This document shows, in pieces, positions 22,307-33,097 of a DNA stretch of 64,000 nucleotides. How positions within the stretch are numbered: position 1 is the stretch's first letter; each line of letters starts with the position of its first letter. Source of the stretch: Longimicrobiales bacterium (lineage in GTDB: Bacteria > Gemmatimonadota > Gemmatimonadetes > Longimicrobiales > Gaopeijiaceae); NCBI GenBank assembly GCA_965226375.1, contig CBDDCX010000008.1:160001-224000 (forward strand), written 5' to 3'. The notes below the pieces were generated by a model, which worked only from the letters and a program-made list of their open reading frames with translations, was not told the DNA's origin and ran no database searches. The position numbers were made by a program, and so were the translations under genes.

Positions 22307-23579
22307 CTCCGGACCCTCGGGTCCCGGCGAGTTGAGTGCTGGCCCGCCTCCCTGGGGCGATCAACTCGCTGAACGGGTGACCGATTTCGCGCGGCTGCTC
22401 CGACGGGCTGGACTCCCTTCGGGCCCCGGTGACGTGGTGAACGCCATGGGCGCACTCGCGACGGTGGACATCACCCGCCCCGACGAGTTCTTCTGGGCCC
22501 TTCACGCGGTCTTCGTGAGGCGGGGGGAACACAGGGCGACTTTCTCGGAGGCCTTCAAGTTGTTCTGGTCTGATCGTCCTCCTTCGAACGCGTTCTTGGA
22601 CGAGCTGCTGTCCCTCTCGAAGGCGGCGGTACCCGCACGGCCACGTTTGCAACGGCGCCTGGCCGAGGCCTGGGCGGAGGGCGGCCACGGGGCCAAACCC
22701 GAACGGGACAGGGTCGAAGCCGACCTTCGGATGACGTATTCGGAGCGAGAGGCTCTGTCGAAGAAGGACTTCGAGCAGATGTCCGTCGAAGAGATGGAGG
22801 CCGCCCGCGACGCCATCGCTCGCATGCAGCTTCCCGTCCGGGACCTGCCGACCCGGCGGCGTCGACCGCACCCGCTGGGGTCCGAGGTGGACCTGCGGCG
22901 CACGCACCGCGCGACGCTCAGGACGGGTGGGGCCACGATCCCCTTGGAATGGCGTACGCGGCGGCGGCGCCCACCCGCCATCGTGGCCCTGTGTGACGTC
23001 TCGGGGTCGATGACCGGTTACACCCGGATGCTTCTACACTTCCTCCACACCCTGACGAACGACAGAGACCGGGTGCACTCCTTCCTCTTCGGAACGCGTC
23101 TCACCAACGCCACGCGTCACCTGCGGCATCGCGACGTGGACGTGGCGCTCGAGCGTCTGAGCCACGTGGTAAAGGACTGGGACGGGGGAACGCGCATCGG
23201 GGCTTGCATCGAGGAGTTCAATCGCCATTGGTCGCGGCGGGTGCTGGGGCAGGGAGCCGTAGTCTTGCTGATCACCGATGGGCTGGACAGGGAAGGGGCC
23301 GATGGGTTGGGCGTCGCCATGGATCGTTTGCACCGTTCGTGCCGACGGCTAATCTGGCTCAATCCCTTGCTTCGCTACGATCGGTTCCGGGCGGAGGCAC
23401 AGGGCATCAAGGCCATTCTTCCCCACGTGGACGACTTCCGATCGGTACACAGCCTGAACAGTCTCAGGGAATTGACCCGGGCACTGACGTCGCCGTCTAC
23501 GCCCGTCCGAAGAGGCGCCGGACCCACGATCCCAACGACCGGAGCAGAAGCGGAAGCAGGGGTAGCGACTCCGGGTTAG
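22299..23579 (+). CDS. coxE: VWA-domain CoxE-like protein
   Basis: CDVSGSM MIDAS, FGTRLT, GGTRIG, ITDGLD and LIWLNPL motifs; start approximate (TTG 22299). Confidence 0.88.
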   Translation: MADSGPSGPGELSAGPPPWGDQLAERVTDFARLLRRAGLPSGPGDVVNAMGALATVDITRPDEFFWALHAVFVRRGEHRATFSEAFKLFWSDRPPSNAFLDELLSLSKAAVPARPRLQRRLAEAWAEGGHGAKPERDRVEADLRMTYSEREALSKKDFEQMSVEEMEAARDAIARMQLPVRDLPTRRRRPHPLGSEVDLRRTHRATLRTGGATIPLEWRTRRRRPPAIVALCDVSGSMTGYTRMLLHFLHTLTNDRDRVHSFLFGTRLTNATRHLRHRDVDVALERLSHVVKDWDGGTRIGACIEEFNRHWSRRVLGQGAVVLLITDGLDREGADGLGVAMDRLHRSCRRLIWLNPLLRYDRFRAEAQGIKAILPHVDDFRSVHSLNSLRELTRALTSPSTPVRRGAGPTIPTTGAEAEAGVATPG

Positions 23580-24096
23580 CATCGGCGGCTTCGACCGGAT
23601 CGGTGCTCGCTGGCGCGTCGGGGGCTCTGGCCGGTCCACTTTCTGAGAGGTGGTCGGCCAGGCGGGCGGTGAACTCCTTGAAGACCTCCGTCGTGACGGC
23701 CTGGATCATGCCGCGCCCGAAGCGGACGATCTTTCCGGCCAACCGGATGTCGGCCACCACCGTGACCGCTGAGCGGCCTCCCTCCAACTCGTGGACCGCG
23801 CTCTCCATGGTAAGCGTGGCCGTGCCACCGCCCCGCTTCTCGCTGCCCTTACCCTCCATCCGGATCACGCGTCGTTCCGCATCCACCTTCGTGAATTCCA
23901 CCGTCCCGTGGTACTCCATGGCCACGGCCCCGAGCTTCACCTTGACCCGTCCCGAGTAGTTGCGCTCGTCGATGACCTCGGTGAGCTCGGCGCCCGGCAG
24001 GCACACGACGATGCGCTCCGGGTGGGTGAGGCACGCCCAGGCTTCATCCGCTGGAGCGTCCAACTCGAAGTGCTCTTCGATCTTGAGAGAGGACAT
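23497..24096 (-). CDS. coxG: SRPBCC/CoxG-family protein
   Basis: CLPGA, VKVKLG and LAGKIVRFGRG motifs; C-terminal amphipathic tail; within the cox cluster. Confidence 0.85.
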   Translation of the reverse strand: MSSLKIEEHFELDAPADEAWACLTHPERIVVCLPGAELTEVIDERNYSGRVKVKLGAVAMEYHGTVEFTKVDAERRVIRMEGKGSEKRGGGTATLTMESAVHELEGGRSAVTVVADIRLAGKIVRFGRGMIQAVTTEVFKEFTARLADHLSESGPARAPDAPASTDPVEAADANPESLPLLPLLLRSLGSWVRRLFGRA

Positions 24097-24102
24097 TCGG
24101 CT

Positions 24103-24786
24103 CTATTGGTTCAAGGTAGTATTCGATGCTCGTCCGGTCGGTTCGTCATCGGTGGCCGTGAGTGCCTGGAGCGCCTCGGGTGTGTCCACATCGGTAAGGA
24201 TGCCGGCCGAGTCCACCGGAACCTCGTGCAACATGGTCTCGTGCTGTGTCATGAGCACTTTGGCGCCGAGGTCTCCGGAGAGGGTCCCGAACTCGGGGAG
24301 CATGTCCGCGGTCCACAGCACGGGATTCCCTCTTCGTCCCTGCCACGTGGGAACGAAGATGGAACCGTCCGGATCTGCGAGGAAGGCGTGAATCAGAGCG
24401 TCGATATGACTCGGGAGCACGCGCGGCATGTCGCCGAGGCACACGACCACGGCCTGGGTCCCGTCCGGAAGGCCGTAGACGCCGGCCCGGAGAGACGTGC
24501 TGAGGCCCTGGGCGTGGTCGGGGTTCCACAAGGTGTCGATCGGGAGCTCGCTCAGGCAGGCTTCCACCTGTTCGCGTCCTTTGCCCGTGACGACGACAAC
24601 CGAGTCTGCGCGGGACGCGAGGGCGGTCCGTACGACGGTCGCCACCATGGGGATGCCGTCGATCGGCTCCAGTAGCTTGTTCCGGTCTCCCATGCGCTTT
24701 GACGATCCGGCTGCCAGCACCAGGCACGTCACTCGCGAGGGACCGATCGGGGAGTGATCCGTGGCCTCCGACGTGTCGCCGCTCAT
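24103..24786 (-). CDS. mocA: Molybdenum cofactor cytidylyltransferase (MocA-like)
   Basis: LAAGSSKRMG..NKLL, GLSTSL, LGDMP, RGNPV and DVDTP motifs. Confidence 0.85.
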   Translation of the reverse strand: MSGDTSEATDHSPIGPSRVTCLVLAAGSSKRMGDRNKLLEPIDGIPMVATVVRTALASRADSVVVVTGKGREQVEACLSELPIDTLWNPDHAQGLSTSLRAGVYGLPDGTQAVVVCLGDMPRVLPSHIDALIHAFLADPDGSIFVPTWQGRRGNPVLWTADMLPEFGTLSGDLGAKVLMTQHETMLHEVPVDSAGILTDVDTPEALQALTATDDEPTGRASNTTLNQ

Positions 24787-25475
24787 GTCACGTCTTGCCG
24801 GAGCTCTCCGATGACCTGCGCCAGGATGGCAGCGGCGATCTCGCCGGGTGTCCGTGCTCCGATGTCCAGGCCCACGGGTCCGTGGATTCTGGACAGGGCC
24901 TCACCGTCGAACCCGGCCTCGGTCAAGCGCTCGAGGCGGCGGCTCTGCGTCTTTCGACTCCCCAGGGCTCCGATGTAGAAGGCTGGGCTGCTCAGTGCGG
25001 CCACGAGCGCAGGGTCGTCGAGTTTGGGATCGTGGGTGAGCGTCACCACCGCCGTTCGATGGTCCAGCTCGAGATCGACAAGGGCCGTGTCCGGCCACGA
25101 GAGGCGGCGGTCGACACCCGGAAAACGAGCCTCGGTATTGAAGGCCTCACGGGGATCGATGAGCGACACATGGAAGCCGGCGTGGCTCGCCATCTGAGTC
25201 AACGGCTGGGCGATATGTACGGCGCCCACTAGCACCATCCGGTGAGGTGGATTGTGTACCTGAAGGAAGTAGCGGCCATCGGGTCCATCCACGGGCCGGG
25301 ACCGGTCGTTGAGGAGCGCCTTGCGGGCCGCCTCGTAAAGTGGTGCTTCACCGTCCGGTCCGGCCTCCAGAGGGTAAAGGAGCGCCCCTTCTCCGCTCTC
25401 CAGGTTCGTCGCCACCACCACGGCTCGCTTGTGCCGACGATCCTGGATCAGCTGGGTCAGGACCTCGGCCTTCAC
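24783..25475 (-). CDS. XdhC/CoxF-family Moco chaperone, C-terminal half
   Basis: GAVHIA, THDPKLDD, YIGALGS and PVGLDIGA.TPGEIA motifs; GTG start overlaps the upstream stop. Confidence 0.88.
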   Translation of the reverse strand: MKAEVLTQLIQDRRHKRAVVVATNLESGEGALLYPLEAGPDGEAPLYEAARKALLNDRSRPVDGPDGRYFLQVHNPPHRMVLVGAVHIAQPLTQMASHAGFHVSLIDPREAFNTEARFPGVDRRLSWPDTALVDLELDHRTAVVTLTHDPKLDDPALVAALSSPAFYIGALGSRKTQSRRLERLTEAGFDGEALSRIHGPVGLDIGARTPGEIAAAILAQVIGELRQDVT

Positions 25476-25798
25476 TCCACCTTCTCCACGTAGATCTCCA
25501 CCTCGCCGCCGCAGGCGAGTCCCACTTCCCACGCCTGCTCGTCAGTCACGCCGAACTGCAGGAGTCGGGTGCCCTCCTGGGCCATGAGGTCCTGAGCTTC
25601 TTGTATGACGGCGCCCTCCACACATCCGCCCGAGACCGAGCCTACAAAGTGGCCGTGCTCGTTGATGCACATCTGGCTGCCGGCCTGACGCGGCGCCGAT
25701 CCCCATGTTCGAACGACGGTCGCCAGGGCCACGCCCAACCCCTGAGCCTTCCACTCGCCGGCCTGCTCCAACACATCTAGGGGTGGGGGCTTATTCAT
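25472..25798 (-). CDS. XdhC/CoxI-family N-terminal domain protein
   Basis: TWGSAPR, GSVSGGCVE and VGLACGG motifs. Confidence 0.9.
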   Translation of the reverse strand: MNKPPPLDVLEQAGEWKAQGLGVALATVVRTWGSAPRQAGSQMCINEHGHFVGSVSGGCVEGAVIQEAQDLMAQEGTRLLQFGVTDEQAWEVGLACGGEVEIYVEKVE

Positions 25799-25920
25799 AA
25801 GGGGAGGATACGTGGGCCCCGATCCGGAAGAAACCCCGAGAGGGCCGGGGGGTTCTAGTGGCCAGCCCCCACCCCAACCCTTGCGGTGGCTCTACGCCCC
25901 GACACAGGAATCCGAAGAAC

Positions 25921-26343
25921 GTGACACCGGACGAATTCGTCGATCGCTTCAACCGGCTCCTCTCATGGGAGGACCGGTATCGCTACCTGATCCAGCTGGG
26001 CCGAAAGCTCGAACCCTATCCGGAGGAGTGTCGGGATCAGGATCATCTCGTGCCCGGATGCCTGAGCCAGGTATGGCTCGTGTCCCTCGGGAGTTCTGAC
26101 GAGGGCAGGTTGCAGCTACGGGCGGACAGCGACGCGCACATCGTGAAAGGGCTGATCTCGGTCTTGTTTCTGATGTACGCGGACAAGACGGCTGAGGAAA
26201 TCCTGTCGGCGGATGTAGAGGGCGTTTTCGAACGCCTCGACCTGGGCCAGCACCTGTCCGTCAACCGGCGGAACGGATTCTACTCGATGAACCGAAAGAT
26301 CCGTGAGCGTGCCGTAGAGGCGCTCGCCGCCGAGAGTCTCTAG
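25921..26343 (+). CDS. sufE: SufE-family cysteine desulfurase activator / sulfur acceptor
   Basis: WEDRYRYLIQLG, VPGCLSQVW (acceptor Cys), DSDAHIVKG and LS.NR.NG motifs. Confidence 0.9.
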   Translation: MTPDEFVDRFNRLLSWEDRYRYLIQLGRKLEPYPEECRDQDHLVPGCLSQVWLVSLGSSDEGRLQLRADSDAHIVKGLISVLFLMYADKTAEEILSADVEGVFERLDLGQHLSVNRRNGFYSMNRKIRERAVEALAAESL

Positions 26344-27539
26344 AAGGCCACGTTGATCATCAGGTAGCCCCAGGTCATGTCCTCTGCCAGGCGCCCGATG
26401 TCGGCCCATGCGTCGTCCTGAAGCAGCCAGGAAAACCCGGCCTGGAACGTCAGGTCGCTGGTATACCTGTACCGGAGCGTGGCGTCGAGCTCCTCACCCA
26501 GGTGGGAGGATGCGAGCTCCCGCTGCTCGACCAGGCTGAACGTGTGTAGATCGACCCCCAGTGAGATGTCGGGGCTGATCTGATACGAGCCCTTCACGGC
26601 CAGGTCCTGGAGCCCCTGCCCCCCGGTGTGCGCCGGAATGTTGAGGAACATGTCTGCCAAGCCGTAGAACTTGTGGTTCGTGGCGAACATGGTGTCGAAC
26701 ACTTTGGTCTCGCCGTCGGCGGGGTTTGCGTCACCTGACAGATAGTCGTACCAAAGGGTCAGCGTGCCTCCGTCCCCCACATCTAAGCCGAGACGTCCAC
26801 CGAACATGTAGGCGGATACGTCGTCACCGACTCGGGTACCCCATTGAACCGTGGCTTCACCCCGGTAGCTCATCCTGCCCGTCTTGCCGGAAAAGCGTGC
26901 CCCGACACTGTTTTGGTCCGTGTCCGCTTCCGAGTCGACGGCCTGGTGGAAGGCGTACAGGTCCAGGTTCCCGGTGGTGCCGGCGCCGATCACGGCATAT
27001 GCACCCCAGAAGCTCGCGTTGTCGCTGACACTTTGGGCGACCAAGTCCTGAGTCTGGTAGCCCATGAATTCCACCGAGCCCCACGACGGATTGAAACGTG
27101 CCCGGACCCCGTCGAAGCTGCACCCTTGTTGAGTCCATCCGACGGCACCGACGAGCCTTTGCCCGCCGAGGTTGACTTCCTGCCGTCCGACTCGCGCTGC
27201 AAAGGGTGCGTCGCTGAACCTCTTGATGTCCACGTAGCCCTGATGCAGGTCGAAGTTGTCGGCGCTGAAGTCACTCAGCGTGTTCATCTCTTCGCCCCAG
27301 AACCTGACGTCCTGCAGCTCGATGTAGACCCTGATGTCGTTTTCCAGGGCTGCCTCGATCGCGGCGCGGGCCCTCATGGACGTGAACTGCTTACCGCCTG
27401 CGGCGGCTGGCTCTCGCAACTCGTGACGCGGGCGTAATTGTCCGTGAAGTGTGACCTCCTGGGCCCCCAGCGGGAGGGCCAGCGCCAGGAGGAACAGGGT
27501 AGGCAGTGATCGATGGGGTGTCATGGTCAGCTTCTTCAT
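26340..27539 (-). CDS. Alginate-export-family outer-membrane beta-barrel
   Basis: Signal peptide; LQDVRFWG, DLHQGY, GRQE...RLVG...FDG, FATNHKFYGLAD and GEELD motifs; C-terminal Phe. Confidence 0.8.
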   Translation of the reverse strand: MKKLTMTPHRSLPTLFLLALALPLGAQEVTLHGQLRPRHELREPAAAGGKQFTSMRARAAIEAALENDIRVYIELQDVRFWGEEMNTLSDFSADNFDLHQGYVDIKRFSDAPFAARVGRQEVNLGGQRLVGAVGWTQQGCSFDGVRARFNPSWGSVEFMGYQTQDLVAQSVSDNASFWGAYAVIGAGTTGNLDLYAFHQAVDSEADTDQNSVGARFSGKTGRMSYRGEATVQWGTRVGDDVSAYMFGGRLGLDVGDGGTLTLWYDYLSGDANPADGETKVFDTMFATNHKFYGLADMFLNIPAHTGGQGLQDLAVKGSYQISPDISLGVDLHTFSLVEQRELASSHLGEELDATLRYRYTSDLTFQAGFSWLLQDDAWADIGRLAEDMTWGYLMINVAF

Positions 27540-27911
27540 GAATGGTGTTCGCTCGAGCGGGGCGTAGAAGAGCAGATGTCTCAGCTCAGGGGTGGACATT
27601 GAGCTCGACCGACCAGTGAATGCATGACTCAACCTCGGAGAGGGAGCCACCGGAGTCTGTAGGGCGTTGTGCGATGCCTCGTGTAATACAATCTCCCACA
27701 TCGAGATGATGTTTGGAGTGCCCGTGGATGTTTGGCCTGAACTGGAAGAGAAACGGAGTGGTCACAAAGGGAAGGGTGGACCCCTGATCGCCTTTTCGTG
27801 AAATTGACGGCCTGACGGGAACCAAGCTTTTTCGGCGACCTGACTACCGGTCGGACGACCCAGGCACTCGGCCCGGGGCGTGTCCGCCGGACCATCCACC
27901 GCGAGGGCGAT

Positions 27912-28856
27912 GTGACGACGAGATGGCTCCCGACCATGGCGCTACTCCTGCTGATTGCGGCCTGTGGCGGGGCGGACGAGCAGGGTGGAGCCACCCTCGC
28001 GGTCAGGGTGGATCGCCCGACCTTCGACTCCTCGCGGGCCTTCCGGGATTTGCAGACGCAGGTGGATTTCGGCCCCCGGGTGCCCGGCACGGACGGCCAC
28101 GCTCGACAGCTCGAGTGGATGGTGGAGCAGCTCGGCTCCCTCGCCGACACGGTGTTCCTGGACGAGTTCGATTACGTCACGACGGCGGGTGACGCCCTCC
28201 GTCTCACCAATGTCATTGCCCGTTTCGGCATGGAAACGGACCGTCGTCTGCTCCTGCTCACTCACTGGGATACGCGGCCGAAGGCGGACCAGAGCCGCGA
28301 CGACGAGGATCGGGAGATGCCGGTTCCGGGCGCCAATGACGGCGCCTCCGGCACCGCGGTTCTCCTCGAGCTGGCACGCATGTTCGCGGAGCAGGGCCCG
28401 CCCGGCGGGGTGGATCTTCTGTTCAGTGACGGGGAGGACTACGGACCCACGACTGCGGACATGTTCCTCGGAGCTGCTCACTATGTGGCCGGCCGGGGTG
28501 CAGACGAACCCCCGGATCTGGCCATACTCCTCGACATGGTAGCCGACGCCGACCCGATGTTCCCCGTAGAAGCCTACTCGCTCGAGGCCGCGCCGCAGCT
28601 TGTGCAGAGGGTTTGGGGCATCGCCGCGGACCTGGGTTATCGGCGCTATTTTCCGTTGGATCAGACGTCCCGCGTGGTGGACGATCATTTGAAGCTCATC
28701 GATGCCGGAATCCCGACTATCAACATCATCGACTTCGACTACGGGTCGGGGAACGCCCTTTGGCATACACCCCGAGACACCCCTGAGAACACGAGCGCGC
28801 AAGCCTTGCTCATGGTTGGGGACGTGGTGGCCGAGTTCGTGTACCGCAACCGCTGA
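27912..28856 (+). CDS. M28 peptidase / glutaminyl cyclase-like lipoprotein
   Basis: Lipobox IAAC; FGPRVPG, HWDTR, GANDGASG, DGED, LLDMV, DDH and WHT motifs. Confidence 0.88.
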   Translation: MTTRWLPTMALLLLIAACGGADEQGGATLAVRVDRPTFDSSRAFRDLQTQVDFGPRVPGTDGHARQLEWMVEQLGSLADTVFLDEFDYVTTAGDALRLTNVIARFGMETDRRLLLLTHWDTRPKADQSRDDEDREMPVPGANDGASGTAVLLELARMFAEQGPPGGVDLLFSDGEDYGPTTADMFLGAAHYVAGRGADEPPDLAILLDMVADADPMFPVEAYSLEAAPQLVQRVWGIAADLGYRRYFPLDQTSRVVDDHLKLIDAGIPTINIIDFDYGSGNALWHTPRDTPENTSAQALLMVGDVVAEFVYRNR

Positions 28857-28924
28857 TCTGTGTCCCGCCGCCTCGTTCCCTGTGGTGATGCGTGCAGTCC
28901 AGCATCGGAACCGTGGAGAAGACC

Positions 28925-29887
28925 GTGAGTGACAATCGCAGAGTGACGGCCGCCGTGGTGCAAGCATCCCCGGTGTTCTTCGACCGAGACGGCACCACCG
29001 AGAGGGTAGCCGAGCTGACCGCTGAGGCTGCGGACGGCGGTGCCGGACTGGTCGTCTTTCCCGAGGCTTACGTGGGCGGCTACCCCTGGGGGCTGGCCTT
29101 CGGGACCGCGGTGGGCGGCCGGAGCGAGGCGGGTCGGCGCGTCTGGCAGCGGTACTGGGAAACGGCGGTGGAAGTGCCGGGTCCCGCCACCGAGCGCATG
29201 GGTGAGGCGGCTCGTGAGGCGGGGGTGTACCTGGTGGTGGGCGTCGTGGAGCGCGACTCCACCTATAGTGGGGGCACCCTGTTCTGCACGCTCCTCTACT
29301 TCGGCCCCGACGGCTCGCTCCTGGGCAAACACAGAAAGCTCAAGCCCACTGCGGCGGAGCGCGTAATCTGGGGTGAGGGAGACGGCAGCACGCTCACCAC
29401 GGTGGACACTCCCTTTGGCCGCGTGGGTGGTCTGATCTGCTGGGAGAACTACATGCCTCTGGCCCGCATGGCCATGTACGGCAAGGGCGTGGAGATCTAC
29501 CTCGCTCCCACCGCCGACTACCGAGGCCGCTGGCAAGCAACGCTCCAGCACATCGCCCTGGAGGGACGCTGCTTCGTGCTCGGGTGCAACCAGTACGTGA
29601 CCCGTGACATGTATCCCGACGACCTCGAGATCGTCGAAGAGCTCGAGACCTGGCCCGAAACGCTGTGCCGCGGCGGTAGCGCCATCTACGATCCGGCCGG
29701 TGAGTGTCTGGCCGGACCGCTCTTCGATACGGAGGGAATTCTCACGGCGGAGCTCGACATGGGGGCCGTGGCAAGAGGGAAATTCGACTTCGACGTGGTC
29801 GGGCACTACGCTCGGCCGGACGTATTCCGCCTCGAGGTGAATGAGCGGGAACAGGCTCCGGTCGTGTACCCCGCGCAGGGGTCGTGA
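28925..29887 (+). CDS. Nitrilase (carbon-nitrogen hydrolase)
   Basis: Catalytic triad FPEA / HRKL.PT / ICWENYMP; GHYARPD. Confidence 0.92.
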   Translation: MSDNRRVTAAVVQASPVFFDRDGTTERVAELTAEAADGGAGLVVFPEAYVGGYPWGLAFGTAVGGRSEAGRRVWQRYWETAVEVPGPATERMGEAAREAGVYLVVGVVERDSTYSGGTLFCTLLYFGPDGSLLGKHRKLKPTAAERVIWGEGDGSTLTTVDTPFGRVGGLICWENYMPLARMAMYGKGVEIYLAPTADYRGRWQATLQHIALEGRCFVLGCNQYVTRDMYPDDLEIVEELETWPETLCRGGSAIYDPAGECLAGPLFDTEGILTAELDMGAVARGKFDFDVVGHYARPDVFRLEVNEREQAPVVYPAQGS

Positions 29888-30027
29888 GTTATTCTAGAGG
29901 ACATCCGTAGGCTGTAGGTATTGTATTATTATTAGATTTTATATTATTATTATGATTAGGCCGGTGTCTTCGTACATACCGGTCCTTCATCCAAGACGGC
30001 GTCCGAGAGACGTCATGTGAGGGTCCC

Positions 30028-31245
30028 ATGATTCAAGCCAGTGCTTCACAAACCGACATGTACCTGAGTGAGGCTGACCAGTTCAGCGCCCACAACTACA
30101 AGCCCCTCCCGGTCGTTCTGGACCGAGGAGAGGGTGTTTGGGTTTGGGACGTGGATGGAAACCGATATCTCGACATGCTCGCCGCCTATTCGGCTCTGAA
30201 TCAGGGACACCGCCATCCGGAGATCATACGAGCCGCCGAAGAGCAGATGGGCAAGCTGACCCTGACGTCTCGGGCGTTCCACAACGACCAGATGGGTCCG
30301 TTCCTCCGGGAGCTCTGTGAGGCCACCGGATTCGAGAAGGCCCTTCCGATGAACACGGGGGCCGAGGCCGTCGAGACGGCCATCAAGACCGTCCGGAAGT
30401 GGGGCTACCAGGTCAAGGGCGTGGCCGAGGGGAAGGCCGAGATCATCGTCTGCGAGAACAACTTCCACGGGCGCACCACCACCATCGTCGGGTTCTCTTC
30501 GGATGCGCAGTCCAGGGAGGGCTTCGGGCCGTTTACGCCCGGATTCGTGACGGTGCCCTACGGTGACGTCGACGCCTTCGAGGCTGCCATCACCGATAAC
30601 ACGGTCGGCTTCCTCGTGGAGCCTCTGCAGGGCGAAGGCGGGGTCGTCGTGCCGGTGGAGGGATACCTGAGTCGCACCGCCGAGATCTGCCGTGGTCAAG
30701 GGATCGCCTACGTGGCGGACGAGATCCAGACCGGACTCGGTCGTACCGGTCGCTTCATGTGCTGCGACTGGGAGGACGTCCGGCCCGACCTGTTCATCGT
30801 CGGTAAGGCCCTGGGCGGTGGTGTGTACCCGGTGTCGGCCGTCATCGCCGACTCGGAGTTCATGGACGTCTATCGGCCCGGTGATCACGGCTCGACGTTC
30901 GGTGGAAACCCCTTGGGTGCCGCCGTAGGGAGGGCTTCTCTGCGCGTGGTTGTCGAGGAGAATCTCGCGCAACGCTCAGACGAGTTGGGCACCTGGTTCA
31001 TGGATGAGCTTCGCGCTATCGACTCGCCGCACGTCGAGGAAGTGCGCGGCCGTGGTCTCATGATCGGCGTGGTTATCAAGGAGTCGTCGGGCACCGCTCG
31101 ACCGTTCTGCGAGGCCTTGCAGGCCAAACGGATCCTGGCCAAAGAGACCCACCATCAAGTCATCCGGTTCGCGCCGCCTCTCGTCATCGATAAGTCGACG
31201 CTGAAAGAGGCTCTGGTGGATATCAAGGCCGTGCTCACGGACTGA
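30028..31245 (+). CDS. rocD: Ornithine--oxo-acid aminotransferase
   Basis: AHNYKPLPVV, AYSALNQGH, LTLTSRAF, MNTGAEAVETA, DEIQTG, GKALGGG and HGSTFGGNP motifs. Confidence 0.95.
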   Translation: MIQASASQTDMYLSEADQFSAHNYKPLPVVLDRGEGVWVWDVDGNRYLDMLAAYSALNQGHRHPEIIRAAEEQMGKLTLTSRAFHNDQMGPFLRELCEATGFEKALPMNTGAEAVETAIKTVRKWGYQVKGVAEGKAEIIVCENNFHGRTTTIVGFSSDAQSREGFGPFTPGFVTVPYGDVDAFEAAITDNTVGFLVEPLQGEGGVVVPVEGYLSRTAEICRGQGIAYVADEIQTGLGRTGRFMCCDWEDVRPDLFIVGKALGGGVYPVSAVIADSEFMDVYRPGDHGSTFGGNPLGAAVGRASLRVVVEENLAQRSDELGTWFMDELRAIDSPHVEEVRGRGLMIGVVIKESSGTARPFCEALQAKRILAKETHHQVIRFAPPLVIDKSTLKEALVDIKAVLTD

Positions 31246-31259
31246 GTCGGGAGCCGGAC

Positions 31260-32982
31260 ATGTCCGCCTCGAGGGCAGCCGAAGAGCCCGGCGCCGTCCC
31301 GAAAGGGAGGGCGTCGGGCTTTTCTGTCGCCGCGCTTACGGCCGGCGCATTGGCGGTGGTGGGAGTCGTGGCCTGGCAGGCTGTGCCGCCGGGCATTTGG
31401 CATGACGACGGTGCGTATCTCCTCTTGGGCCGGTCGCTCGCCAACGGTGAGGGGCTTCGCTATTCCCTGGTGGCCGGCTCACCGCCGGGGGCCAAGTTCC
31501 CTCCTCTCTATCCCCTCCTGCTTGCGGCACTCTGGAAAGTCTCGCCTGCGATGGTGGCCAGGGGATCTCTCGCCGCGTTCATGAACCTTCTCTTCGTGAT
31601 CGTAGGCGGCGGCGTGTTCGTGTCCTATCTGCGGTCACTGGATTTCACGTGGAGGAGCTCGGTCGCCTCGGCGGCCCTCCTTTGGCTCATGCCCGACGTC
31701 TGGCGCTTGTCATTGGTGCCTCTCTCCGAGCCGCTCTTTCTGCTCCTGCTCGTCTTGGCACTGTGGGCGGGGTCCCGCCTGGAGCGAGAACCCACGGGAG
31801 CGACCCTGGTAGTCTTCCTATTGGCCTTCGCCGCCGCGTACCACGTGAGGACGATGGGGGTGGTCCTGGGGGCGGCCGTTCCGGTGGCGCTCGCTCTACG
31901 CAGGCGAGTCCGCTGGGCCGTTTGGACCGGCATCGGCTCGGTCCTGGTCGCAACACCCTGGTTGCTCTGGTCGACTCGCGCTGCGCAAGCGATTCCCGCC
32001 CCCCTTCGTGACACGCTTGGGCCCTTATGGGGGGTGGCTCACCCGGCAGGTGGGGTCAGAAGGCGGGGTCTCCTTGGCCGACATGGCGTCCAGCGGCACG
32101 GCACTGGCCGTGCGCTTCGCGGGGGTGCTCTTTCCAGGTGCCGGCGGACCCTGGGCGGTCATCCTGGCCATCGGGGTCGCGGGAGTGGGCGGGATCGGTC
32201 TCTACCGTCTGTCCAGGGAGTCCTGGACTCCGGTCCTGACGGCCGGTCTGATGGTGGTCCTACTCTGGATATGGCCCTACCAGGAGCGCCGGCTGATCAT
32301 GCCGGTGGCGCCCCTTTTGGGCCTGATCTTGATCTGTGGGTTCAAGACGGAACTCGGTGCAATGTTCAGGTCGCTCCGGGGAAGCGGTACCGCGATCCCC
32401 TCTGGAGCGCCAGCCCCTGCGGACCCGGTGGCTGGGGATGCGCCACGCGCCACGCCCGAGGGGGTCGATCGCCCCGGGCGGCCCGCGAGGGGCCCGTCCG
32501 TTCCTACGTTCGCTCTGGGCGGACTGGGTCTGTGCTGGGTCGTCTGGCTCGCGGCGGCGAGCCTTCTCCACCTGAGGGAGGATCGTCACCTCGAGGCCTA
32601 CAACGTGCGTTCTCGCATGCTTGCCCGCGCCGTGCTCGCCGTGGAGGGGCGCGTCCCGGAGGATGCCGTGGTGGGCGCTCCGGAACTCTGGGCCGGTCTG
32701 GCCCTCCACACGGGCCGCACCGTCGCGCCCAGCGCCAGATTCCATCCCGCGGGCTCAGGCCCGGTCTGGGGAACCACCCATGAGCAGTTCGAAGTCTGGG
32801 ACGCCGCCGGCATCGAATACGTGCTGCTGGAAAACGCCGGCCGAGTCCACAAGGACGCCCTGGACGAGCTGGACACCCGCTGCCCCGGCTCCGTAGAGCT
32901 CTTAGCCTCCTGGGGAGGAGGCATGCTGGTCCGCCTAGACTGGGACCAGGACTGTCGCGCCCAGGTACTAGCCCCCCCCTGA
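31260..32982 (+). pseudogene. GT-C/ArnT-like membrane protein with a frameshift near 32020 (possible sequencing error)
   Basis: HDDGAYLLLGRSLA...KFPPLYP and LSEPLF motifs. Removing one base in GGGCCC gives LRDTLGPYGGWL and continues through the TM-rich second ORF; similar to 6106-7920. Confidence 0.7.
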
Positions 32983-33097
32983 CCCCCGCCCGCGCCGTGC
33001 CGCGCATCACTCTCCCGCCCAAGCCCCCCCGCGCCCTGTCCTACTCTCGCGCCCAAGCCCTCCCCCAAAAAAGGGTAGTGTCGCGATATTTGTGTAA

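Noticed and set aside
23497..23579. Convergent 3' overlaps (coxE/coxG; also 7875-7920, 39843-39871, 44084-44136)
   Set aside because: Short overlaps of low-complexity tails are common in compact GC-rich genomes.
24783..25798. Split xdhC as another frameshift
   Set aside because: The halves are joined by a clean GTGA stop/start overlap with an upstream GGAG, and two-gene XdhC arrangements are known.
27540..27911. Possible Moco riboswitch or other leader RNA before the porin
   Set aside because: No convincing conserved motif by eye; only a short TGTAATACA palindrome.
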